The notes under the pieces are model-generated. The model made no database searches. It was not told the origin of the DNA and saw only the letters and a list, made by a program, of their open reading frames with translations. A stretch of DNA of 64,000 nt from Nannocystis bainbridge. Lineage in GTDB: Bacteria > Myxococcota_A > Polyangia > Nannocystales > Nannocystaceae. The stretch is taken from positions 928,001-992,000 of the forward strand of contig NZ_JAQNDL010000002.1 in the NCBI RefSeq assembly GCF_028368995.1. The letters are read 5' to 3'. Below, in pieces: positions 42,655 through 55,456 of this stretch. Both the position numbers and the translations under genes were made by a program. Numbering within the stretch: position 1 is the stretch's first letter; each line of letters starts with the position of its first letter.

Positions 42655-42748
42655 TGTCCTCGAAGAACATGTCCCGAAGGCCAGCATGATATGTCCTCCG
42701 GGACACGTCGACAGGATGCCTGTCCCTGCGGACATGTCCGTTCGCGCA
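42655..42748. repeat. About six 14/15-bp units between convergent genes
   Basis: TGTCC at 42655, 42670, 42692, 42721 and 42735, paired with GGACA-like halves. Confidence 0.8.
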
Positions 42749-42820
42749 GGCTCCGATCGACCGCGTGCCCGAGCGCCTCGCGCCAGCGTGGAGGCCGGTC
42801 AAAACCCCCGCGGGCGGGCA

Positions 42821-43138
42821 CTAAATAGGGGCCAAGAGATCGGCCAGCGCCGGGTCGTCGGCCAGCAGCGCCGAGACCTCACGTTCCACGGCGGCCCACG
42901 CCTCGGAAGAAACGCGGGTCGGGCGCTGAGCGGCGACGGTCGCGGCGACGAGGCGCTCTGCCGCGACTGCGGGCTCGAGTTCGCCGGCGGCGACCGCCGC
43001 CGCGAGCGCCTCGCCGGGCGTCACGCCGGTCGTCGACGCGGTCGCCGCGACGCCCTCGGTCGCGGTCGGGCTCACGGGCTGCGGGCCCTCGGCGCGGGTG
43101 ATGCCCGCGACCGTCGTGGGATCGTCGATCGGCCGCAT
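42821..43138 (-). CDS. Small Ala/Thr-rich hypothetical protein
   Basis: MRPIDDPTTVAG...LLADDPALADLLAPI; codon bias consistent with coding. Confidence 0.6.
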   Translation of the reverse strand: MRPIDDPTTVAGITRAEGPQPVSPTATEGVAATASTTGVTPGEALAAAVAAGELEPAVAAERLVAATVAAQRPTRVSSEAWAAVEREVSALLADDPALADLLAPI

Positions 43139-43456
43139 CGGTCTCGCAGGCCAAGGTAACAGGTCCGGCACGCGCTGTCAGGGGCGCGCGGCTCACCTTC
43201 GCCCGGCGAGGTCGGCGCGCGACCTGCGAGCCGCGGGGGAGGTGGCGAGGTCACCGGGCACCGAGCCATGGCCGGGCGCGCGGCGAGCCGTCGCAGCGCG
43301 CCCGGAAAGTCGCTCTGTCGCGCCGGTCCAGACGCTCACGAGGGGGCGCCGGCGAGGCGCGCGGGGGGCCGCCGCTGGCGGCCGATTGACTTTCGCTCGC
43401 GCCCGGGGTCACATGGCGGGGCCCTGCTTCCTCGCGTGCATGGGCCGGAGTTCGCG

Positions 43457-46174
43457 TTGAATCAGATCACCCAATTTGGCCCCTACAAGCTGATGGAGCG
43501 CATCAGCGTGGGCGGCATGGCGGAGGTGTACAAGGCCGTCGAGCAGGGCGTCGAGGGCTTCGAGCGGATCGTCGCCGTCAAGCGGATCCTGCCGCACATC
43601 GCCGAGGATGACGAATTCATCACGATGTTCAAGGACGAGGCCAAGATCGCCGGCCAGCTCCAGCACGGGAACATCGCGCAGATCTACAACCTCGGCCAGC
43701 AGGGCGACAGCTTCTACATCGCGCTCGAGTACGTCGCCGGCAAGGACCTCCGCAACATCTTCACCCGCTGCCAGCAGCAGGGCAAGCCGATGCCGCTCGC
43801 GCAGGCCTGCTTCGTGGTGATGAAAATCTGCGAGGGCCTCGACTACGCCCATAACAAGCGCGACAAGCACGGCCGGCACCTCAACATCGTCCACCGCGAC
43901 GTGAGCCCGCCGAACATCCTCGTGTCCTACGAGGGCGAGGTGAAGCTCATCGACTTCGGCGTGGCCAAGGCCGCCGGTCGGGTCTCGCGCACGCAGGCCG
44001 GCATCCTCAAGGGCAAGTTCGGCTACATGTCCCCGGAGCAGGTCCGCGGCATGCCGCTCGACCGCCGCAGCGACGTGTTCTCGCTCGGCGTGGTGCTCTA
44101 CGAGGTGCTGGTCGGCAACCGCTTGTTCCAGGGCGAGACCGACTTCGCCACCCTCGAGATGGTGCGCACCGTCGACGTCCCGGTGCCGAGCTCGAAGAAC
44201 CCGGAGATCCCGAAGGACCTCGAGAACATCATCATGAAGGCGCTCTCGGGCGAGCCCGAGACCCGCTACCAGACGGCGATGGAGCTCCACGACGACCTCC
44301 AGGCCTTCATGTTCGCGCACGGCATGTTCTACAGTCGCAAGGACCTCGCGACGTGGATGCGCAAGCAGTACGCGCGAGAGATCGAGCTCGAGAAGGGCTC
44401 GGGCAAGGCCCCGCCGGCGCCCGGGCAGCGGCCCGCCCCGCCCGGAGCTCCGCCGCGCAAGGCCCCGCCGCCGCGCCCGCCGGGCAACAAGACAGTGCCG
44501 CCGCAGGCGAGGCCGGCCGCGATCCCGCCAGCGGGCCGTTCTGCGGCCCCGGCGAGCCGCTCCGACGCCGATCCGCTGCAGCCGAGCGAGGACCAACTGG
44601 CCGCGGCGCGCAAGCGGTCGAAGACGATGTTGATGTCGCCGTCGAGCCGGCCTTCGACGCTCAAGCCCGGTACGCCGGCGACCGGGAGCGTGCCGACGCT
44701 GCCGCCGGGGATGGGCGGGCCGAAGGATCCGATCAAGTCGACGATCGTGCCCGGCGGCGCCCCGCCGCAGCCGGCCAAGAGCTCCGCCCCGCCGCGGGCC
44801 GCAGCCGCTCCGGCGGCGGCCAAGGCCGCTCCCATGCCCGCGTCGGACCTCGACTGGGACGACGACGAGCTCGAGACCAAGCTGTTCGACGATCCGGTCG
44901 GCGTGCCCAAGGTGAAGCGGCCGGAAGGCGAGGGGCCGCTGCGCCCGGAGCCGCCGCCGCAGGCCGGCCAGATCGACTCCGACGCCGACGAGGGCTCGCC
45001 GACGGTCCAGATCCCGCCGAGCGCCGCGGCCGTGATCCTGGCCGCCTCGATGGCCCAGGGGCCCTCGCAGGCGATGCCGGCGCCGCCGCCCGGCGCGACC
45101 CTCAGCCCCGCGGCCTCGTCGAGCATGGCCCGCGCGCCGGCCCCGATCGCGCCGTCGGTCACCGGTCCGCGCCCGGCGGCGCAGGCCCAGACGCACGCGG
45201 TCACGGCCGAGGTCGAGATCGAGGACACCGAGACGGGCAAGCGCCCGCCGCCGATCGCCCTCTACGCGGCCGCCGGCATCGGTGCGCTGCTGCTGGTCGT
45301 GTTCGTCATCTCGTTCTTGCGCGACCCGGCCGTGCCCACGCCGGGCCCGACCGATCCGGTCGCGTCCGCCGACACCGCCGCAGCGCCGCAGCCGACCGCG
45401 GCTGTCGGCACGGTCCAGCTCGACGTGAAGCCCGCCGACGCGCGCGTCACCGTCAACGGCGTCGAGTACCCCGGCAACACGCCGCGCCTGATCTCCAACC
45501 TCGGGCCCGGCACGCACAAGCTGATCGTGTCGCAGGACGCTGGCTACCTGCCGTACGAGCAGGATGTCCCGATCGCCGCCGGCCAGCAGCTGGCGCTGCA
45601 GGTCAAGCTGCAGGTCCGCGACATCACGCTGACGATCAACACCAAGCCGCCGGAGGCGACGGTCAAGCTGCTCGAGACCGGCGCGGCGCCGCTGCCGGTC
45701 GGCAAGGGCGGCGAGAGCTTCAAGCTGACGCGCAAGCCTGGCGTGGCCTACAAGGTCCTGGTCGAGGCGCCCGGGTTCGATCCGAGCGAGGTCCCGGTCA
45801 GCTTCAGCGGCGAGGCGTCCGACTCCGCCGAGGTCGTGCTCGTCAAGGCCAAGGGCCCGACGCCGCCCGACGTGGTGACGCCGGTGCCGAACAACAACAC
45901 GGCGACGCCCAAGCCGCCCGTCGACAAGCCCAAGCCGCCGGCCGACAAGCCCAAGCCGAAGGCGAAGACGGCCGAGCTCAAGATCGGCAGCGCCCCCGGC
46001 CGCCCGCCGGCCACGGTGTGGGTCGACAACCAGAAGCAGGCAAAGCCGACGCCGGTCGTCGTGATGGTCGCCCCCGGGTCGCACACCATCAAGTGGAAGT
46101 ACCCCGACGGCAAGACCGAGACCCGCAAGATCACCGCCACCGACGGCGCGCAGGTCATCAAGGGCACGCCCTGA
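43457..46174 (+). CDS. Membrane Ser/Thr protein kinase with extracytoplasmic PEGA-like domains
   Basis: GGMAEVY, VAVKR, HRDVSPPN, DFG, GKFGYMSPEQ; Pro-rich linker, TM, PEGA-like P.DARVTVNG...TP; GGAG before TTG at 43457. Confidence 0.92.
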   Translation: MNQITQFGPYKLMERISVGGMAEVYKAVEQGVEGFERIVAVKRILPHIAEDDEFITMFKDEAKIAGQLQHGNIAQIYNLGQQGDSFYIALEYVAGKDLRNIFTRCQQQGKPMPLAQACFVVMKICEGLDYAHNKRDKHGRHLNIVHRDVSPPNILVSYEGEVKLIDFGVAKAAGRVSRTQAGILKGKFGYMSPEQVRGMPLDRRSDVFSLGVVLYEVLVGNRLFQGETDFATLEMVRTVDVPVPSSKNPEIPKDLENIIMKALSGEPETRYQTAMELHDDLQAFMFAHGMFYSRKDLATWMRKQYAREIELEKGSGKAPPAPGQRPAPPGAPPRKAPPPRPPGNKTVPPQARPAAIPPAGRSAAPASRSDADPLQPSEDQLAAARKRSKTMLMSPSSRPSTLKPGTPATGSVPTLPPGMGGPKDPIKSTIVPGGAPPQPAKSSAPPRAAAAPAAAKAAPMPASDLDWDDDELETKLFDDPVGVPKVKRPEGEGPLRPEPPPQAGQIDSDADEGSPTVQIPPSAAAVILAASMAQGPSQAMPAPPPGATLSPAASSSMARAPAPIAPSVTGPRPAAQAQTHAVTAEVEIEDTETGKRPPPIALYAAAGIGALLLVVFVISFLRDPAVPTPGPTDPVASADTAAAPQPTAAVGTVQLDVKPADARVTVNGVEYPGNTPRLISNLGPGTHKLIVSQDAGYLPYEQDVPIAAGQQLALQVKLQVRDITLTINTKPPEATVKLLETGAAPLPVGKGGESFKLTRKPGVAYKVLVEAPGFDPSEVPVSFSGEASDSAEVVLVKAKGPTPPDVVTPVPNNNTATPKPPVDKPKPPADKPKPKAKTAELKIGSAPGRPPATVWVDNQKQAKPTPVVVMVAPGSHTIKWKYPDGKTETRKITATDGAQVIKGTP

Positions 46175-46183
46175 ACCCGCGCC

Positions 46184-46578
46184 TGCCCGATCGGGCAGGT
46201 CCTCGCGGACATGTGTGAACAGACAGGACCCGAGGGCCATGGCCTTCGGGTCCTGTGCTTTCGGGCAGGTCGTCGCGCCCGCGATCCCATGAGCGGTCGA
46301 TGCTCCGGTGGGCCGTACCGAGGGGGTGAGCCAGCTCGCTCGCGCGGCGAAGGTGACGATGGCAGGGGCGCTGGTTCGCCCTCGGGCGGCTCCCCACGGC
46401 TCATCTTCGACCGATGCGCTCGCGCGGACTGCCGGTCGGCGCGCCTGTCGCTTCGGACATGTCCCGCAGGGCTGCCGCGCGGAGCCGACGGGCGCCGCTG
46501 CTGAGGGGGGGCCCCAGGGACCTGGTCCATCGGACATGGCCCGAAGGCCAGGGTCTTCGGGCCATGTCGCCCGGCGCG
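46184..46578. repeat. Three arrays of phased 14-bp units in one convergent gap
   Basis: Six units at 46184-46267, two at 46446-46473, four or more at 46509-46578. Confidence 0.85.
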
Positions 46579-46582
46579 GAGG

Positions 46583-47227
46583 TCAGCGGGCCAGCGCCTC
46601 GGGGCAGGCCTGGAGCGGGCCGGCGATCACGCCCTCGGCGGTGGCGACGCCGTCGCGGCGGAACTCGTTGCACGGGTCGGCTTCGTCGTCGCCGCGCACG
46701 ATCACCGTGAAGCGGCACACCCCGTGGTCGTCGGGGTTGCTGTTGTGCGTGACCAGGTCGTAATGGTGGGCGTGCGGGGTGGTCTGCACGAACCCGAGGG
46801 CGATCCACATCGGGTGGGCCGTCCATGCCGTCAGCGGATAGGCGCCGGGGACATCGGTCGCGCCGGGCGTGCAGGCTCCGCCGGCGGCGTCGCTGCAGAC
46901 GATGTCGAGGCTCGGAGTGAAACCTGTTTCACCGCCGGCGGACGCGCCCGGCGGATGCGGGCAGCGGTGCGGGGCCTCGGCGCCGTCGTCGGTGAAGCTC
47001 GGGCGACGCTCGTGGTAGTACGCCGCCGTGGCGTTGAACAGCTCGCCCATGACCGTCACTGCCTCCGTGTGACGCTCGTGTCGCTTGATCGCCGCGTGCT
47101 CGCGCACCGCGAGGGCCGCGAGGATCGCCGCGATCGCGACCACGAGCAGCGAGTCGAGAGACGACAGACCCCGGCGCGCGCGACCGGAGCGTGGTGGGGG
47201 AAGCGGGCGATGGGCGTGGGGGGACAT
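46583..47227 (-). CDS. Type IV pilin-like protein with atypical cleavage motif
   Basis: Basic leader RSGRARRG, then LSSLDSLLVVAIAAILAALAV hydrophobic helix and R.TEA...M..L...A.AYY; Cys-containing head. Confidence 0.65.
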   Translation of the reverse strand: MSPHAHRPLPPPRSGRARRGLSSLDSLLVVAIAAILAALAVREHAAIKRHERHTEAVTVMGELFNATAAYYHERRPSFTDDGAEAPHRCPHPPGASAGGETGFTPSLDIVCSDAAGGACTPGATDVPGAYPLTAWTAHPMWIALGFVQTTPHAHHYDLVTHNSNPDDHGVCRFTVIVRGDDEADPCNEFRRDGVATAEGVIAGPLQACPEALAR

Positions 47228-47425
47228 GATCGCGTCAGTGGGTCGACCGAAGGCCAGCCGGATGGGAGGCTGCTGGGTCTGTCGGCGTGACACGCGGCGC
47301 ACGAGGGCTGGCCGCTGAACTTCCTAGGTAAACTCTATTCAAAATTCGATCACACTCGGCTCCGATGCAAGGATCCAGATTCGCACAGGACTCTGGGGTA
47401 TCTCGCGCGCTCCTGTCCGGCGGTC

Positions 47426-48241
47426 TCAAGGATGCGCGATCCGGCCCGCGTTTGGGTCGGGCTTGCGCAGAACGGCGAGCAAGTGCGCGCCGAACTGGCG
47501 CAGAAAGCTGTCGCGGGCCCACCACTCGCCGGCCGCCAGGACTCTGCCGAGCAGCGGCAGCGAGAGGATCCGGGAGATCGGCACGAGCACCCGGATCCCG
47601 TACACCCGCGAGAGCTCCAGTTCGCGGGGGGCGAGCTTGAGCAGGCGGCCGAGCGAATCGTAGCGGGTGACGTGGTGGTCGCCCTCGACGAGGACCCCGC
47701 CGGCGGCGACGACCGTGATCGGGTGGCGGATCCCGTGGGCGACGCCGCGGAGGCTGCGAGGGTTGTTGATCTCGAGCAGCAGCAGGCCGCCGGGCGCCGT
47801 GACGCGGACCGCCTCTCGCAGCAGCGAGCGCACCAGCGCCAGCGAGCTCTCCTCGTCGCGGCCGAGGTGGGCCAGCGTGCGCAGGCAATAGACGGCTTCG
47901 TAGGAGGCATCCTCGGCGGGGATCTGCAGCGAGTCGCCGTGTTGGTCGAGTTCGGCGAGCGGCGCGACCGAGACGGAGCTGGCGACGCGGCGGACCCACT
48001 GGGTGATCTCCGGCGCGCCGTGGCCGAGGTCGAGGACGCGGCGGCCGGCCACGTGGCGGAGCACGGCCTCGCCCGCGAGCGCCTGGGTGAGCTCGGACGC
48101 GCTGGCGCCCGGGTCCGTCATCGCCGGCACGGGAGCGCCCCACCAGGTCTGTTCGCTGGAAGCCTCGGGCGGTGCGGCCGCGCCCCGGCGGCTGCTCGCG
48201 CCTGACGACCGTGGATTCGTTGACCCGCTCACAGGCTCCAT
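47426..48241 (-). CDS. Class I SAM-dependent methyltransferase
   Basis: RVLDLGHG, IPAEDASYEAVYC..TLAH, LLREAVRVTAPGGLLLLE; start uncertain (48241 or 48121). Confidence 0.8.
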   Translation of the reverse strand: MEPVSGSTNPRSSGASSRRGAAAPPEASSEQTWWGAPVPAMTDPGASASELTQALAGEAVLRHVAGRRVLDLGHGAPEITQWVRRVASSVSVAPLAELDQHGDSLQIPAEDASYEAVYCLRTLAHLGRDEESSLALVRSLLREAVRVTAPGGLLLLEINNPRSLRGVAHGIRHPITVVAAGGVLVEGDHHVTRYDSLGRLLKLAPRELELSRVYGIRVLVPISRILSLPLLGRVLAAGEWWARDSFLRQFGAHLLAVLRKPDPNAGRIAHP

Positions 48242-48271
48242 GGTACCCCTTGGACCCTCGAAGGAGCCTCG

Positions 48272-49153
48272 ATGCCGACCAAGATCCTCGCGATCGACGA
48301 CAGCAAGACCATGCGCCTCGCCATCAAGATCACCTTCGCGGCCGAAGACTATGACGTAGTCGCGGTGAGCAAGGGCTCCGAGGCGGTCGCCCGCGCCAAG
48401 CAGATGCCAGCGGACGTGCTTATCGTCGACGCCGCGCTCGCCGCCGGCGAGCCCTCCGGGTACGATGTGGTCAAGGCGATTCGCGCCGACCCCGACACCG
48501 CGCACATCCCGGTGCTCCTCCTGGTCTCGAACCAGGTCGGCATCGACGAGGCCCAGGTCCAGGCCAGCGGCGCCAACGGGGCGATGATCAAGCCGTTCGA
48601 CACCCAGGAAATGCTCGAGAAGGTGACCGCCCTCGCGCAGGGCAAGCCGATCTCGAGCGGCAAGACGGTCCCGAAGACTGCGCCCGCGCCGCAGCCGACC
48701 GCCGCGCCGGCCCGTCCGGCGCCGGCCGTCGCGCCGACGCCCGTGGCCGCCGCGCCGACGCCGGTGGCTGCCCGCCCGGTCCAAGCTCCTTCGACGCCTC
48801 CGGCCGCGGCGCCCAAGCCCGCGGTCGCGGCGACCCCGACGCCCGCGGCGCGGCCCGCGGCGACCCCCGCCAGCGGCGGCAACAAGAATTTCCCGGCAGC
48901 TTTCGCTTCAGGAGAGGATATGGCCAGCAAGATCCCGATCGCGACCCCCATCCCGTTCGCTCCCGCCGATGCGCCGTCCGCCGGCATGCTCAAGCGCCTC
49001 CAGGCGGCCGGCGGGGCCGGCACTGGGCTCGACCCGAAGGCCGTGCAAGCGCTGCTGTCCCTCAGCCGCGACGTGATCGAGCAGGTCGTTTGGGAGGTCG
49101 TCCCGGACATGGCTGAGCAGATCCTCGCGCGCGGGCAGCAGGCCCGGCACTGA
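48272..49153 (+). CDS. romR: RomR-like response regulator (receiver, Pro/Ala-rich linker, conserved C-terminal helix)
   Basis: ILAIDDS receiver; C-terminal IEQVVWEVVPDMAEQI resembles the RomR C-terminus; located directly upstream of valS. Confidence 0.75.
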   Translation: MPTKILAIDDSKTMRLAIKITFAAEDYDVVAVSKGSEAVARAKQMPADVLIVDAALAAGEPSGYDVVKAIRADPDTAHIPVLLLVSNQVGIDEAQVQASGANGAMIKPFDTQEMLEKVTALAQGKPISSGKTVPKTAPAPQPTAAPARPAPAVAPTPVAAAPTPVAARPVQAPSTPPAAAPKPAVAATPTPAARPAATPASGGNKNFPAAFASGEDMASKIPIATPIPFAPADAPSAGMLKRLQAAGGAGTGLDPKAVQALLSLSRDVIEQVVWEVVPDMAEQILARGQQARH

Positions 49154-49366
49154 GCCGTCCCGGGGCTGGCCCCGGTTCCAAGATGATGGCCGCCTCGCGC
49201 GATCTGGATCGCTCCCAGGTCGATGCGTGGCGGCTTTGCCGTGTTCGCGGTGGTGGCCCACGCGACACACGAAGGTGCGCCCCCGCCGGACCGTGACAGA
49301 GTCTCGGCGGGGATGGGCCGCATGAGTGCGAGTGACGATGCCGCCCCGACGAGGGCCGGAGGGAGC

Positions 49367-52117
<2,751 letters not shown>

Positions 52118-52140
52118 CGGGCGCTCGTTCACGAAGGAAC

Positions 52141-52220
52141 GGGCATGTCCTCGCGGACATGCCCGTTTTTTCATGTGCGAAAGGACATGTCGTGAAGGGC
52201 ATGTCTGATAGGACATGCCA
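52141..52220. repeat. Phased 14-bp array between convergent valS and cdd
   Basis: CATG at 52144, 52158, 52172, 52186, 52200 and 52214. Confidence 0.92.
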
Positions 52221-52345
52221 GAGGTCGACGGCGAGGGAATGACGGGGGCTCACGAGCGCCGCGGCGCGAGGTCGCGGACCGGCGAGCGCCGCGGATCGTC
52301 AGCGAGTTCGAAGGTCGCGGCGTCGCGCTCGCGCCGGCGCGGCGC

Positions 52346-52765
52346 TCAGGGCTGGCGCGGCGTCAGGAAGCCGGCGTCGAAGGCCAGCGGCAGGAGGTCG
52401 CGGACGGACGAGTGCAGGCGGGCGCCGCCGGTGGTCACGAGCACGAGGTCGGCGTCGGCGGCGAACTCGAAGAGGATCTGGCGGCACGCACCGCACGGCG
52501 GGGTCGGGACCTCGGCGGCGGTGACGACGGCGATCGACGCGATCTTGCCCGCGCCGTGGGTCACTGCGTGGAAGATCGCCACCCGCTCGGCGCACAGGCC
52601 GAGGGTGTAGCTGGCGTTCTCGACGTTGGCGCCGGTCCAGATCCTGCCGTCGACGTCGCGCATGGCGCAGCCGACGGCGAAGCCGCTGAACGGGCAGTGG
52701 GCGCGGCCGCGGACCTCGACGGCTGCGGCGACGAGCGCGGCTTCCTGGGACTCAGTTGCCGTCAT
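52346..52765 (-). CDS. cdd: Cytidine deaminase (homotetrameric type)
   Basis: PFSGFAVG, GANVENASY..GLCAER, PCGACRQ, LLPLAF. Confidence 0.93.
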   Translation of the reverse strand: MTATESQEAALVAAAVEVRGRAHCPFSGFAVGCAMRDVDGRIWTGANVENASYTLGLCAERVAIFHAVTHGAGKIASIAVVTAAEVPTPPCGACRQILFEFAADADLVLVTTGGARLHSSVRDLLPLAFDAGFLTPRQP

Positions 52766-54179
52766 CCATCACGTCTTCGATCTCTTCGATCTCTTCGACC
52801 AACTCGGGCTCGGCCTTGGTGAGCTTGGGGATCACGAGGCCGCGCGGGTTGGTCTCGACGAACGACTCCGTCTCGTCGGTGTCGACGTCGACGCCCACGT
52901 CGGTGTCGGCCTCGGTCTCGCTGACGTCGACGACCATGGTCCGCTCGCCGCCGTCACCGATCGCGTGGGCGAGCTGCGACTGCGAGTCCTCGAGGCGGCG
53001 TCCGAGCTCGGCGGAGAGGCTCCACAGCAGCTTGGAGGCGAGCGCGTGATCGCGGCGCAGCAGCTCCTGCAGGTCGCGGCGACCGATCCGCAGCAGCTTG
53101 CCGTTGGCCTCGACGGTGATGGTGACGCGCGCTGTGTCGGTGCCGACGAGGTCGGTCTCGCCGAGCAGGGTGCCGGCGTTGACGGTGACGAGGTGGTTGC
53201 CGCCGCGCGAGAGGGTGGCGCGGCCGTCGAGGACCACGAACAGGTCGCCCGGCTCCTCGCCCTCGCGCGCGAGCACCTCGCCCTTGTGGCAGGCCTGGAC
53301 GCGCGAGATGTTCATGACTTTGCACAGGTGCTGGTACGTCAGGCCCTCGAACAGCTTGACGCCGCGCAGGGTCTCGACGGTGAACTGCAGCTGAGCGACG
53401 CGCGACGCGTCGCCGCGGACCTGCACCGCGAGGGCGGTGACGTTGTCCTTGCCGCCGCGGCTGTTGGCGAGGTCGATGAAGCGGCCCGGGATGTCCTCGA
53501 TGTCGGAGAGCGCCAGGTTGCTGGCGATCTCGGCGTCGTCGAGATAGTCGTAGAGCCCGTCGGAGCACAGCAGGAACGCGTCGCCCGGCAGGATCTCGAA
53601 GTCGAGGATGTCGACCTCGACGTGCTCGTAGACGCCGACGGCCCGCGTCATCGCGTTCTTGAAGTTGGCGTACGGGCTGACCGCGAACTCGTCGGCGCGG
53701 ACCTTGCCGCTGCGGATCAGCTCGTTCATCAGCGAGTGATCCTCGGTCAGCGGATAGACCACGCCGTTGCGGCTGAGGTAGATCCGGCTGTCGCCGACGT
53801 AGGCGATGAAGCCGCGCTGACCGATGATCAGCAGCGCGACCACGGTGGTGCCCATGCCGCGCTTCTCGGGCTCCTGCTGGGCCTTGTGATAGATCTGCGC
53901 CGAGGCCGAGTGCACGGCGTACTCGAGCAGGGTGCACAGCTCCATCTGCGCGGTCGCATCGAAGTCGCCGAAGCGCGTCAGCAGGTCGCGCTCGCGGCTG
54001 ACGACGTCGCGGATCGTGTGCACCGCCAGCGCGCTCGCCACTTCACCGGACGCGTGGCCCCCCATGCCATCCGCGACGATGAAGAGGTTGAGGTTCTTGT
54101 CGATGAGGAAATTGTCCTCGTTGTGCGACCGCTTTCGCCCGACATCGGTCGCTGCCCAGTGCTTGATCTCCATCGCCAT
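52752..54179 (-). CDS. PP2C-family Ser/Thr phosphatase fused to a cyclic-nucleotide-binding domain
   Basis: DVGRKRSHNED, VADGMGG, GMGTT, VGDSR, CSDGL, GGKDN; cNMP fold REGEEPGDLFVVLDG...LLGE; acidic tail. Confidence 0.9.
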   Translation of the reverse strand: MAMEIKHWAATDVGRKRSHNEDNFLIDKNLNLFIVADGMGGHASGEVASALAVHTIRDVVSRERDLLTRFGDFDATAQMELCTLLEYAVHSASAQIYHKAQQEPEKRGMGTTVVALLIIGQRGFIAYVGDSRIYLSRNGVVYPLTEDHSLMNELIRSGKVRADEFAVSPYANFKNAMTRAVGVYEHVEVDILDFEILPGDAFLLCSDGLYDYLDDAEIASNLALSDIEDIPGRFIDLANSRGGKDNVTALAVQVRGDASRVAQLQFTVETLRGVKLFEGLTYQHLCKVMNISRVQACHKGEVLAREGEEPGDLFVVLDGRATLSRGGNHLVTVNAGTLLGETDLVGTDTARVTITVEANGKLLRIGRRDLQELLRRDHALASKLLWSLSAELGRRLEDSQSQLAHAIGDGGERTMVVDVSETEADTDVGVDVDTDETESFVETNPRGLVIPKLTKAEPELVEEIEEIEDVMDDGN

Positions 54180-54200
54180 GGACCTCGTCGCTACCGGACC

Positions 54201-55412
54201 TCAGGGCTCCGGCGCCGCTGCCGAGAATACGGCATCGAGCGGGCGCTGGGCGGCGTCGGCTCCTGCGAGCCGGGCGGCGAGTGCGTCGAGATCGCTCTGG
54301 CCGACCGCGGCGCCGTCGAGCCATACGCCCTCGGGTAACGCGGTGATGCCTCCAGGCCCCCGCTCGAGCTCGGGTTCGCCCAGCTCGCAGGTCTGCGCCT
54401 CGGGCGCTTCGTCGAGGCGGGCGATGAAGTCGGCCGCCGCGGCGCTGCGCGGCTCCCTGCGAGCGCCTTCGCCCTCGCGCGCGAGGATCCGCAGGTACTC
54501 GAGCTGCAGCCCCAGGCGCTCGGCCACGCAGGTGCGCACCCGCAGCTGCCGGGCCCCGGTGTTGGTGCCGCGGGCGATGACCTGCACGGCCAGGAGGCCA
54601 GGATTCTGCCGGCGGAACTCGAGAACCGGGGCGAGCAGCGAGAAATTGGGGTGCTCGTCGTGCTCGGCGAACACGACGAGGCGATGGGGGAGGGCGACCC
54701 CACCGACGATCATGCCCGCCTTCGCCGGCGGGCGCATGAGCCGCTGGCTGATGCCGCGTCGGGCGGCGATCAGCGGCCGCACGAGCGGGCGGTTGCCGCG
54801 GATCCGCTGGGCCTCGCGGGCCAGCTCGCCGCGCACGCGCTCGAGGCCGAGGCCGTCCTCGAAGGCGGCGGCCTGGCCGACGACGAAGATCGGCGGACGG
54901 CCGAGGTAGCCGCCGGCGGCTTGATGCAGGCGCTGCAGCTCGGCCTTGCCGGCGCGCAGGGCGGTGTCGATGCAGCGATCGTCGAGGATCGCGGTGAGAT
55001 CTTCAGGGCGCATCCCGAGCTCGCCGGCGAGGATGGGACGGGCTGCGAGATCGGCGAGGCGGACGGCCAGGCGATCGCGGCCGTCGCGGTCGAGCAGGCG
55101 CAGCGCGGCCTCCTGGTGGCCGCGCACGCCGGCGCCGAGCAGGAGGCGGAGGATCCGGGCGTCCCCCGGGGTCTCGACCATGGTCGTGGCGATCGGGACG
55201 ACGCGCACGCTGACGGCGCCCTCGTGGTCGGCGACGAGGCGCCGGAGTTCGAGCCAGAGGCTGAAGGTCGTGGGCGCGAATGGGTCGACGAAGGCGGAGA
55301 TCGCCAGGGGGGCGTCGACCGGGCCGACGTGGAGGGTCAACGGGGCGCAGTCGGGGCCGCGCGCGGCCGGTGCGGCGAGCAGCACGGCGGCGAGCGCGGA
55401 GGCGACGAGCAC
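54201..55412 (-). CDS. Exported thioredoxin/DsbA-like protein lacking CXXC
   Basis: Signal peptide; GPVDAPLAISAFVDPF and GRPPIFVVG resemble DsbA-like GP.DAP.TI..F.DF.CP.C and GTP.FFVNG. Confidence 0.55.
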   Translation of the reverse strand: MLVASALAAVLLAAPAARGPDCAPLTLHVGPVDAPLAISAFVDPFAPTTFSLWLELRRLVADHEGAVSVRVVPIATTMVETPGDARILRLLLGAGVRGHQEAALRLLDRDGRDRLAVRLADLAARPILAGELGMRPEDLTAILDDRCIDTALRAGKAELQRLHQAAGGYLGRPPIFVVGQAAAFEDGLGLERVRGELAREAQRIRGNRPLVRPLIAARRGISQRLMRPPAKAGMIVGGVALPHRLVVFAEHDEHPNFSLLAPVLEFRRQNPGLLAVQVIARGTNTGARQLRVRTCVAERLGLQLEYLRILAREGEGARREPRSAAAADFIARLDEAPEAQTCELGEPELERGPGGITALPEGVWLDGAAVGQSDLDALAARLAGADAAQRPLDAVFSAAAPEP

Positions 55413-55456
55413 GCGCCCACTGTGACCTGCAGCCGCGGTTTGTTCAAGGCGAGCCC

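Noticed and set aside
47340-47400. Sigma-54 promoter upstream of the pilin-like gene
   Set aside because: A TTGCA is present on the minus strand, but there is no GG at the required -24 spacing
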